Positions 34,631 to 46,713 of a stretch of 49,145 bases of DNA are shown here, piece by piece. Position 1 is the first letter of the stretch; each line of letters starts with the position of its first letter. The notes beneath the pieces are model-generated. The model saw nothing but the letters and a program-made list of their open reading frames with translations. It was not told the DNA's origin and did not search any database. Source of the stretch: Octopus sinensis. Its lineage: Eukaryota. The position numbers and the translations under genes were made by a program. The stretch is taken from assembly GCF_006345805.1 (NCBI RefSeq), contig NW_021834551.1, positions 1-49,145 of the forward strand, given 5' to 3'.

Positions 34631-35509
34631 ACTTACTTTGATACTTACTTTGATAGGTTTCCGCCATTATTGGCCCAGGCCATGTCTAACTTAATAGCAC
34701 CACCTGGTGAAGTCTTTCAAGTCAGAATTTGGGCACTATGGCCCACTCAAGTAGAGAGTTATTGTTTACAGAGACATATCCTGAAGTAGGGGGTTTATCC
34801 AGGATTTCTTGAAGGAATCTGTCCAAAGACTTCTTGAACCCTATGGGGTCAGTTTCTGTTTTAATGTGTTTTGGTGTAATGTTAAAGAGAGCGGGGCCAA
34901 TTGAGGTGAAATAATTGTACCGTATTGTTGTTATGAGATGAGAGTGCGATTTTTGTTTTGGGCGGATGGCACGGGGCCCAAGCCTTGGATGTACCTTAAA
35001 GGTGATGCCAACATCATTTGGGCAATGCTGATGGAATATTTTCCACATCATGCAGATGATGTAGCGCTCACGACGACGTTGGAGAGAATAGAGTTTTAGC
35101 TTTTCTAGTCGACCCCAATAGTCGAGGCCTGTCATGCCATCTATTTTTTTTTGTGATTGCCCTTTGAGGTGCTTCAACTTTTATGATACCTTGTATTGTG
35201 TGGGGAGACCACAGTGGACAACAGTATTCAAGGTGGGGTCGGGAAAAAGTGGAGAAGAGAAGGATAATGGTGTGGATATCTCTCGACTGGAAAGTTCTGA
35301 GAATCCAGGAACACATTCTGCGGGCCATGTCAACTTTGGTGTTTATATGAGTGGCCCAGCTTACGTTGTTGTCCACAATTACTCCCAAGTCTCTGATGTT
35401 GTTGGACGCTGCGAGAGTTTCACCTGAAGGAAGGGAGTATGGGAGTTTCAGGGCATCCTCTTTTCCAAAGTGGATTAGCTCAAATTTATCCTCGTTCAGC
35501 AGCATATTG
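34631..35509 (-). mobile_element. 3' fragment of a CR1-type LINE
   Basis: MLLNEDKFELIHFG...RRERY...LLEWAIVPKF* with one frameshift in an A run. The 3' UTR is nearly identical to that of 10531-10621; the tail (tatcaaagtaag)2 runs into (TA)n. Confidence 0.9.
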
Positions 35510-35562
35510 CTTATGTAGTTATTTCCCTTACAAACCCGAGCAACGCCGGGCGATACTGCTAG
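35510..35562 (+). mobile_element. Helitron 3' terminus
   Basis: Hairpin CCCG-agcaacgc-CGGG (35535-35550), 8 nt, then CTAG (35559-35562) followed by T. Confidence 0.65.
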
Positions 35563-35711
35563 TCATCTATAAACGAATGGTTATCATTTTCATAAACGAA
35601 AGATGCAACATCATTGATCAGCCTCCCATCTGGCGGATGGGTTTTGGAAAATGCTATATGCTGATACGCCCACAAATCTTTTTTGTACGTTTTTCTCAGG
35701 TACAAATACAT

Positions 35712-36096
35712 TCTCTTTCTCTTTTACTCTTTTACTTGTTTCAGTCATTTGACTGCGGCCATGCTGGAGCACCGCCTTTTTAGTCGAGCAAATCGACCCC
35801 AGGGCTTATTCTTTGTAAGCCCAGTACTTATCATATCGGTCTCTTTTGCCAAACCGCTAAGTAACGGGGACGTAAACACACCAGCAATGCTAGGGGGACA
35901 AACACAGACACACACACGCAAATACATATATACGACAGGCTTCTATCAGTTTCCGTCTACCAAATCCACTCACAAGGCATTGGTCGGCCCGGGGCTATAG
36001 CAGAAGACACTAGCCCAAGATGCCACGCAGTGGGACTGAACCCGGAACCATGTGGTTGGTTAACAAGCTTCTTACCAAACAGCCACTCCTGCGCCT
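35712..36096 (-). mobile_element. Near-full-length SINE (family of 29833-30280)
   Basis: Very similar to 29833-30280 from tail to head, with a shorter internal microsatellite. Confidence 0.9.
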
Positions 36097-36109
36097 ATAT
36101 ATATATAAA

Positions 36110-36470
36110 TACAGATATATATACATCGTTATGTGTGCATTTATATATACATGTGTGTGTAAGTTCATACACATACGTACATATATACATTCATATTAAG
36201 AGAGATATCTGTGTGTGTGTGTGTGTGTATGTGTGTTCATTCAAAGAACATATACACATAATCGCATATACAGTATTGGCAGTTGAACAACCATACACAC
36301 AGAAGTTTATAGCAAACTAACACAAACACGCATACATACACACATATGGGTGCATATACATACATATATATATATGTGTGTGTATGCGTGTGTGTATATA
36401 TATGTATATATATATATAGATAATAGGATAGATAGATATACATATATATATATAAGTATATATACATAGA
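36110..36470 (+). repeat. Segment B, directly duplicated at 38495-38860
   Basis: atacatcgttatgtgtgcatttatatatacatg...cagttgaacaaccatacacacagaagtttatagcaaa occurs in both. Confidence 0.85.
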
Positions 36471-36496
36471 TAGATGTACATATATATATATTAATA

Positions 36497-37065
36497 TATA
36501 TACATATCTACGTAAAAAACAAACTTTTATCTGGTTATTTTGATTATGCTCTATCTCTCACTCACTCAATGTGTGTGTATATATATATATAGGAATGTGT
36601 GTGTGTGTTGGTGTATACATACATATATGTCTACTTAAATTATATTAGAGAAAGACGTGGAAGGATGTTGGTGCTTATATGATGAGCTAGAAACAACAGC
36701 AAAATCTCCTATGTATTTACTTTATCTATATGTACAAAAAAAAACGTAGGTGTTTGCAGGTAGTCATGCCTTGTGCTAGAAACAATAGCTAAATATTCTA
36801 AATGTATTTTTAACAATATGTAGACAGATGCGTGGATGGTAGCATGTGATCATTTCATGTGCTAGAAACAGCAGCTAAATCTTCTTATTTTTGTTCTTAA
36901 ATCATATATTGTTACTCATATTCTTGGCTTTTTCCTGAGATTTTCCATGTCTGGGTTCGAATTCTGCCAATGCTAACATTCACATTTAACCTTTTAGTGT
37001 CGATAAAATAAGAAGCAGGTTCATATCAGGGTTGAAGTAATAAACTAGCAAACACCCACAATAGG
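36497..37065 (+). repeat. Segment C, duplicated in inverted orientation at 38885-39552
   Basis: acgtaaaaaacaaac...gctagaaac...ctagcaaacacccacaa is the reverse complement of 38885-39552; the second copy has an extra ~70 bp. Confidence 0.85.
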
Positions 37066-38442
37066 TCAGGCCCCTTGTAACTATGGCTTTTTGTTCACTT
37101 TGAGAAAATGTATTCCTCCCACTTTCTCCCGAGCATCCTTTCAGGGATGGATTCTTAGATTTTCATCAAAATTTAAAGTAGATGTAAAAAGCAAAGGATT
37201 GGTGTGTCACTGAGTTGATAGTAGGAACCATCTGTGCAGTCCAGGGATCAATTCACATCCCTCTCCTGTTCACTACACGTCTCTAAGCCACAAGAGAAGG
37301 ATTTAAAAACTTAACTGCAATTTCCTATATGGGGATTGTCTAGTTACCTTAGTTGTGTCTGACAAAGAAATTCCATGCTTGATTCGGAGAAAAGGAGTAA
37401 CAAGGGGTTTCATTGGACCACATCAGTGGTAAGTAAGAAGAAGGAGTTTATTAACAGCAGGGAGCATAGCTGTGACTGAGAAACAAAGAGGACCTGGTAG
37501 TATGTAGCATACTTTTGCTAATTGTTTCAGATGCCTGTGTAGTCAGGAGCAGACAGTGACAACCCCTCAGAATTATGTCTTCTGTCTAGCCGAATGTTGA
37601 GAATGTAATAGCCGGGGAGAGAGAAAGAGAAGGAGAGAGACAGACAGAGTCAGACCGTGGGAGAGTATGAGAGAAAGGTATGAATGAAGACAGTAAAAGG
37701 GAGAGAGGGATAAAGAATGCAAAGAAGGGAGAGAATGAAAGAAAGAAAGAAAGAAAGAAAGAAAGGGAGAGGAAAGACATCAAATTCTGCCGAGGTCGAC
37801 TTTGTTTTTCTTCCTTCCAGGGTAGCTAAACAAGTACCAGTTCTGGGGTCAATATAATCGGTTAACCCTTCCAAAAACATTAATGGTCTTGTACCTCGAT
37901 TTGAAACCGATATTTCAAGAACAGTTTCTTTTTTATCTCCGTTTCAACATTTGGTGACTTTCATATTTATTTTTCTATTTCAACAATTAGTTTATTTACT
38001 GATTAAGCGAATAATATCAGCAATGAGTCACTTGAAAATGCAAAGATCATTTCAACTAAACAATGGGAAGAAATTTAAAAATAGGTACCAGGTATTAGTG
38101 ATTAAAAAGTATGTCAAGGGTTTTGTTTGGACGATCGAAATAAAGATATTGTTGTAAACAGGTTGATTACATTAAGATAATTTAGCGAGTTTAGTCCTGT
38201 GATTCATTAAGTGTATAATATAAAGCTAAACTTCGAACCCAAATTTAATATTAATTGTTTTATATTTGAAATTATTTTTAAGTATGCTATGGTGCTCAAA
38301 AATAAAATAATAAACGGTGGTAATATGGCAAAGATGACTTTCAAAGTATAACATAGGTTTAATCTTAAACATGAATATATCACATAACCACCAACACCAC
38401 CACCACTACTTCTACTACAACTACTACTGCACCTATATAAGT

Positions 38443-38491
<49 letters not shown>

Positions 38492-38737
38492 TATACATCG
38501 TTATGTGTGCATTTATATATACATGTGTGTGCAAGTTCATACACATACGTACATACATACATTCACATATAGAGAGATATCTGTGTGTGCGTGCGTGTGT
38601 GTATGTGCGTCCATTCAAAGAACATATACACATAATCGCATATACTGTATAGGCAGTTGAACAACCATACACACAGAAGTTTATAGCAAAGTAACACAAA
38701 CACGCACACATACACAAATATGGGTGCATATACATAC

Positions 38738-38771
<34 letters not shown>

Positions 38772-39418
38772 ATGTATATATATAGATTGTAAGATAGATA
38801 GATAGATATACATATATAGATATATATATGTATATAAATACATGTATACATACATATATATACAGCCATAGATGCAATGGGCCTCAACTGTTGTGGGAGT
38901 TTGCTAGTTTATTACTTCAACCCAGATATGAACCTCCTTCTTACTTTATCGACACAAAAACGTTAAAAGTGAATGTTAGCTTTGGCAGAATTCGAACCCA
39001 GACATGTAAAATCTCAGGAAAAAGCCATGAATATGAGTAACAAGATGTTGACTGCACAATATTTTAGATATATAGTTCTATAATAGGCCCAAGGCCTTCC
39101 ACTGTTGTCGACATATGATTTAAGAACAAAAATAAGGAGACTTAGCTGCTATTTCTAGCAATGAAATGATCACATTCCACGCTTTTGTCTACATATTGTT
39201 AAAAATATATTTAGAATATTTAGCTGTTGTTTCTAGCACATGGCATGACTACCTGCAACCATCTACGTTTTTATCTACATATAGTTAAAGAAAATACATA
39301 GAAGATTTTGCTGTTGTTTCTAGCTCATCGTATAAGCACCAACATCCTTCCACGTTTTTCTCTAATGTAATTTAAGTAGACATATATGTATGTATGTATA
39401 CACCAACACATACACATT

Positions 39419-39492
<74 letters not shown>

Positions 39493-39730
39493 TTGAGTGA
39501 GAGATAGAGCATAATCAAAATAACCAGAGAAAACTTTGTTTTTTACGTAGATCTGTATATATGTCTGTGATTGTGTCTGTGTGTTTGTGTCATTCTATAC
39601 ACATGTCCTTGCCTTCTCTTTTTATATGTATATGTGTGTATATTTATACACACATACATACATACATATACATAGTACGTATCAGAAAAGAAGGAAAGTT
39701 CATGTGTATGCACACACTCAATAACACACG

Positions 39731-39854
<124 letters not shown>

Positions 39855-39895
39855 GACACATATGTCTTCACATATATATGAAAGCACATGCATAT

Positions 39896-39925
<30 letters not shown>

Positions 39926-39926
<1 letters not shown>

Positions 39927-40084
39927 GGCACGCGAGTGATTGTGTGGTAAGTATACCAACCACATAATTCCAGGTTCAGTCCCACTGCGTGGCACCTTGG
40001 GCAATTTTCTTCTACTATAACCTCGGGCCTATCAAAGAATTGTAAGTGGATTTGGTAGACGGGAATTTAAAGAAGCCCGTCTTA

Positions 40085-40122
<38 letters not shown>
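39926..40122 (+). mobile_element. 5' half of a SINE (head, CORE-like body, start of internal (TA)n)
   Basis: aggcacgcgagtgattgtgtggtaag...ggttcagtcccactgcgtggcaccttgggcaa...aaagaagcccgtc then (TA)n. Confidence 0.85.
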
Positions 40123-40130
<8 letters not shown>

Positions 40131-43100
40131 CAACAATTGAGGGCAAAATTAATTAATTATTAATCAATTTCACCAAGTGTTCAGTATGCAAAGGGACCAT
40201 TCAAGGCGAATTCAAATTATTACATTATATAAAAGGGCTTAGTAAAATAAATTACTTTGCCGCATACTGAACTCATTAGAAATAGCAGCTAAAAACTTTT
40301 TTAAAGCTATTTCTAATACTTAAAGAAAATCTCTCTCATATATAGTGTTTGCTTAATTCAACTCACAAAAGTTTGGGGGTAAGGACATCGAAAAATCAAA
40401 TGCTAAGGTTATTCGAGAACGTACGTTTCAAGATTAGTCAAAACAACATTTCTATCATCGGCTCAGAAATTCCTTGGTTTGGATTTGGAAACACTGAAAA
40501 TAAGAACATACCCTTTCGAAGATCTGCTCCCAACTAACAGTGCCAACAAATTCAAATAAGCAAGCGAAGAATCTCTGTTCTCCCCTTTCCACCAGCGTGG
40601 GTTAAAATCATCAAACACTATGCTTATTTCGGTAAAATCCGAAGCATTAATCAGAGGGAGATTAATTATAATTTCAACAATTGAGGGCAAAATTAATTAT
40701 TATTAATCAATTTCACCAAGTGTTCAGTATGCAAAGGGACCATTCAAGGCGAATTCAAATTATTACATTATATAAAAGGGCTTAGTAAAATAAATTACTT
40801 TGCCGCATACTGAACTCATTAGAAATAGCAGCTAAAAAACTTTTTTAAAGCTATTTCTAATACTTAAAGAAAATCTCTCTCATATATAGTGTTTGCTTAA
40901 TTCAACTCACAAAAGTTTGGGGGTAAGGACATCGAAAAATCAAATGCTAAGGTTATTCGAGAACGTACGTTTCAAGATTAGTCAAAACAACATTTCTATC
41001 ATCGGCTCAGAAATTCCTTGGTTTGGATTTGGAAACACTGAAAATAAGAACATACCCTTTCGAAGATCTGCTCCCAACTAACAGTGCCAACAAATTCAAA
41101 TAAGCAAGCGAAGAATCTCTGTTCTCCCCTTTCCACCAGCGTGGGTTAAAATCATCAACACTATGCTTATTTCGGTAAAATCCGAAGCATTAATCAGAGG
41201 GAGATTAATTATAATTTCAACAATTGAGGGCAAAATTAATTAATTATTAATCAATTTCACCAAGTGTTCAGTATGCAAAGGGACCATTCAAGGTGAATTC
41301 AAATTATTACATTATATAAAAGGGCTTAGTAAAATAAATTACTTTGCCGCATACTGAACTCATTAGAAATAGCAGCTAAAAAACTTTTTTAAAGCTATTT
41401 CTAATACTTAAAGAAAATCTCTCTCATATATAGTGTTTGCTTAATTCAACTCACAAAAGTTTGGGGGTAAGGACATCGAAAAATCAAATGCTAAGGTTAT
41501 TCGAGAACGTACGTTTCAAGATTAGTCAAAACAACATTTCTATCATCGGCTCAGAAATTCCTTGGTTTGGATTTGGAAACACTGAAAATAAGAACATACC
41601 CTTTCGAAGATCTGCTCCCAACTAACAGTGCCAACAAATTCAAATAAGCAAGCGAAGAATCTCTGTTCTCCCCTTTCCACCAGCGTGGGTTAAAATCATC
41701 AAACACTATGCTTATTTCGGTAAAATCCGAAGCATTAATCAGAGGGAGATTAATTATAATTTCAACAATTGAGGGCAAAATTAATTAATTATTAATCAAT
41801 TTCACCAAGTGTTCAGTATGCAAAGGACCATTCAAGGCGAATTCAAATTATTACATTATATAAAAGGGCTTAGTAAAATAAATTACTTTGCCGCATACTG
41901 AACTCATTAGAAATAGCAGCTAAAAAACTTTTTTAAAGCTATTTCTAATACTTAAAGAAAATCTCTCTCATATATAGTGTTTGCTTAATTCAACTCACAA
42001 AAGTTGGGGGTAAGGACATCGAAAAATCAAATGCTAAGGTTATTCGAGAACGTACGTTTCAAGATTAGTCAAAACAACATTTCTATCATCGGCTCAGAAA
42101 TTCCTTGGTTTGGATTTGGAAACACTGAAAATAGAACATACCCTTTCGAAGATCTGCTCCCAACTAACAGTGCCAACAAATTCAAATAAGCAAGCGAAGA
42201 ATCTCTGTTCTCCCCTTTCCACCAGCGTGGGTTAAAATCATCAAACACTATGCTTATTTCGGTAAAATCCGAAGCATTAATCAGAGGGAGATTAATTATA
42301 ATTTCAACAATTGAGGGCAAAATTAATTAATTATTAATCAATTTCACCAAGTGTTCAGTATGCAAGGGACCATTCAAGGCGAATTCAAATTATTACATTA
42401 TATAAAAGGGCTTAGTAAAATAAATTACTTTGCCGCATACTGAACTCATTAGAAATAGCAGCTAAAAAACTTTTTTAAAGCTATTTCTAATACTTAAAGA
42501 AAATCTCTCTCATATATAGTGTTTGCTTAATTCAACTCACAAAAGTTTGGGGGTAAGGACATCGAAAAATCAAATGCTAAGGTTATTCGAGAACGTACGT
42601 TTCAAGATTAGTCAAAACAACATTTCTATCATCGGCTCAGAAATTCCTTGGTTTGGATTTGGAAACACTGAAAATAAGAACATACCCTTTCGAAGATCTG
42701 CTCCCAACTAACAGTGCCAACAAATTCAAATAAGCAAGCGAAGAATCTCTGTTCTCCCCTTTCCACCAGCGTGGGTTAAAATCATCAAACACTATGCTTA
42801 TTTCGGTAAAATCCGAAGCATTAATCAGAGGGAGATTAATTATAATTTCAACAATTGAGGGCAAAATTAATTAATTATTAATCAATTTCACCAAGTGTTC
42901 AGTATGCAAAGGGACCATTCAAGGTGAATTCAAATTATTACATTATATAAAAGGGCTTAGTAAAATAAATTACTTTGCCGCATACTGAACTCATTAGAAA
43001 TAGCAGCTAAAAAACTTTTTTAAAGCTATTTCTAATACTTAAAGAAAATCTCTCTCATATATAGTGTTTGCTTAATTCAACTCACAAAAGTTTGGGGGTA

Positions 43101-46100
43101 AGGACATCGAAAAATCAAATGCTAAGGTTATTCGAGAACGTACGTTTCAAGATTAGTCAAAACAACATTTCTATCATCGGCTCAGAAATTCCTTGGTTTG
43201 GATTTGGAAACACTGAAAATAAGAACATACCCTTTCGAAGATCTGCTCCCAACTAACAGTGCCAACAATTCAAATAAGCAAGCGAAGAATCTCTGTTCTC
43301 CCCTTTCCACCAGCGTGGGTTAAAATCATCAAACACTATGCTTATTTCGGTAAAATCCGAAGCATTAATCAGAGGGAGATTAATTATAATTTCAACAATT
43401 GAGGGCAAAATTAATTAATTATTAATCAATTTCACCAAGTGTTCAGTATGCAAAGGACCATTCAAGGTGAATTCAAATTATTACATTATATAAAAGGGCT
43501 TAGTAAAATAAATTACTTTGCCGCATACTGAACTCATTAGAAATAGCAGCTAAAAAACTTTTTTAAAGCTATTTCTAATACTTAAAGAAAATCTCTCTCA
43601 TATATAGTGTTTGCTTAATTCAACTCACAAAAGTTTGGGGGTAAGGACATCGAAAAATCAAATGCTAAGGTTATTCGAGAACGTACGTTTCAAGATTAGT
43701 CAAAACACATTTCTATCATCGGCTCAGAAATTCCTTGGTTTGGATTTGGAAACACTGAAAATAAGAACATACCCTTTCGAAGATCTGCTCCCAACTAACA
43801 GTGCCAACAAATTCAAATAAGCAAGCGAAGAATCTCTGTTCTCCCCTTTCCACCAGCGTGGGTTAAAATCATCAACACTATGCTTATTTCGGTAAAATCC
43901 GAAGCATTAATCAGAGGAGATTAATTATAATTTCAACAATTGAGGGCAAAATTAATTAATTATTATCAATTTCACCAAGTGTTCAGTATGCAAAGGACCA
44001 TTCAAGGCGAATTCAAATTATTACATTATATAAAAGGGCTTAGTAAAATAAATTACTTTGCCGCATACTGAACTCATTAGAAATAGCAGCTAAAAAACTT
44101 TTTTAAAGCTATTTCTAATACTTAAAGAAAATCTCTCTCATATATAGTGTTTGCTTAATTCAACTCACAAAAGTTTGGGGGTAAGGACATCGAAAAATCA
44201 AATGCTAAGGTTATTCGAGAACGTACGTTTCAAGATTAGTCAAAACAACATTTCTATCATCGGCTCAGAAATCCTTGGTTTGGATTTGGAAACACTGAAA
44301 ATAAGAACATACCCTTTCGAAGATCTGCTCCCAACTAACAGTGCCAACAAATTCAAATAAGCAAGCGAAGAATCTCTGTTCTCCCCTTTCCACCAGCGTG
44401 GGTTAAAATCATCAACACTATGCTTATTTCGGTAAAATCCGAAGCATTAATCAGAGGGAGATTAATTATAATTTCAACAATTGAGGGCAAAATTAATTAA
44501 TTATTAATCAATTTCACCAAGTGTTCAGTATGCAAAGGGACCATTCAAGGTGAATTCAAATTATTACATTATATAAAAGGGCTTAGTAAAATAAATTACT
44601 TTGCCGCATACTGAACTCATTAGAAATAGCAGCTAAAAAACTTTTTTAAAGCTATTTCTAATACTTAAAGAAAATCTCTCTCATATATAGTGTTTGCTTA
44701 ATTCAACTCACAAAAGTTTGGGGGTAAGGACATCGAAAAATCAAATGCTAAGGTTATTCGAGAACGTACGTTTCAAGATTAGTCAAAACAACATTTCTAT
44801 CATCGGCTCAGAAATTCCTTGGTTTGGATTTGGAAACACTGAAAATAAGAACATACCCTTTCGAAGATCTGCTCCCAACTAACAGTGCCAACAAATTCAA
44901 ATAAGCAAGCGAAGAATCTCTGTTCTCCCCTTTCCACCTTTCCACCAGCGTGGGTTAAAATCATCAAACACTATGCTTATTTCGGTAAAATCCGAAGCAT
45001 TAATCAGAGGGAGATTAATTATAATTTCAACAATTGAGGGCAAAATTAATTAATTATTAATCAATTTCACAAGTGTTCAGTATGCAAAGGGACCATTCAA
45101 GGTGAATTCAAATTATTACATTATATAAAAGGGCTTAGTAAAATAATTACTTTGCCGCATACTGAACTCATTAGAAATAGCAGCTAAAAAACTTTTTTAA
45201 AGCTATTTCTAATACTTAAAGAAAATCTCTCTCATATATAGTGTTTGCTTAATTCAACTCACAAAAGTTTGGGGGTAAGGACATCGAAAAATCAAATGCT
45301 AAGGTTATTCGAGAACGTACGTTTCAAGATTAGTCAAAACAACATTTCTATCATCGGCTCAGAAATTCCTTGGTTTGGATTTGGAAACACTGAAAATAAG
45401 AACATACCCTTTCGAAGATCTGCTCCCAACTAACAGTGCCAACAAATTCAAATAAGCAAGCGAAGAATCTCTGTTCTCCCCTTTCCACCAGCGTGGGTTA
45501 AAATCATCAACACTATGCTTATTTCGGTAAAATCCGAAGCATTAATCAGAGGGAGATTAATTATAATTTCAACAATTGAGGGCAAAATTAATTAATTATT
45601 AATCAATTTCACCAAGTGTTCAGTATGCAAAGGGACCATTCAAGGCGAATTCAAATTATTACATTATATAAAAGGGCTTAGTAAAATAAATTACTTTGCC
45701 GCATACTGAACTCATTAGAAATAGCAGCTAAAAAACTTTTTTAAAGCTATTTCTAATACTTAAAGAAAATCTCTCTCATATATAGTGTTTGCTTAATTCA
45801 ACTCACAAAAGTTTGGGGGTAAGGACATCGAAAAATCAAATGCTAAGTTATTCGAGAACGTACGTTTCAAGATTAGTCAAAACAACATTTCTATCATCGG
45901 CTCAGAAATTCCTTGGTTTGGATTTGGAAACACTGAAAATAAGAACATACCCTTTCGAAGATCTGCTCCCAACTAACAGTGCCAACAAATTCAAATAAGC
46001 AAGCGAAGAATCTCTGTTCTCCCCTTTCCACCAGCGTGGGTTAAAATCATCAAACACTATGCTTATTTCGGTAAAATCCGAAGCATTAATCAGAGGGAGA

Positions 46101-46713
46101 TTAATTATAATTTCAACAATTGAGGGCAAAATTAATTAATTATTAATCAATTTCACCAAGTGTTCAGTATGCAAAGGGACCATTCAAGGCGAATTCAAAT
46201 TATTACATTATATAAAAGGGCTTAGTAAAATAAATTACTTTGCCGCATACTGAACTCATTAGAAATAGCAGCTAAAAAACTTTTTTAAAGCTATTTCTAA
46301 TACTTAAAGAAAATCTCTCTCATATATAGTGTTTGCTTAATTCAACTCACAAAAGTTTGGGGGTAAGGACATCGAAAAATCAAATGCTAAGGTTATTCGA
46401 GAACGTACGTTTCAAGATTAGTCAAAACAACATTTCTATCATCGGCTCAGAAATTCCTTGGTTTGGATTTGGAAACACTGAAAATAAGAACATACCCTTT
46501 CGAAGATCTGCTCCCAACTAAGAGTGCCAACAAATTCAAATAAGCAAGCGAAGAATCTCTGTTCTCCCCTTTCCACCAGCGTGGGTTAAAATCATCAAAC
46601 ACTATGCTTATTTCGGTAAAATCCGAAGCATTAATCAGAGGGAGATTAATTATAATTTCAACAATTGAGGGCAAAATTAATTAATTATTAATCAATTTCA
46701 CCAAGTGTTCAGT
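40123..46713 (+). repeat. Tandem satellite, 544-bp monomer, about 12 copies in forward orientation
   Basis: The same motif recurs at 40349, 40893, 41437, 42523, 43068, 43611, 44151, 44694, 45245, 45789 and 46333; copies are nearly identical. Confidence 0.97.
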
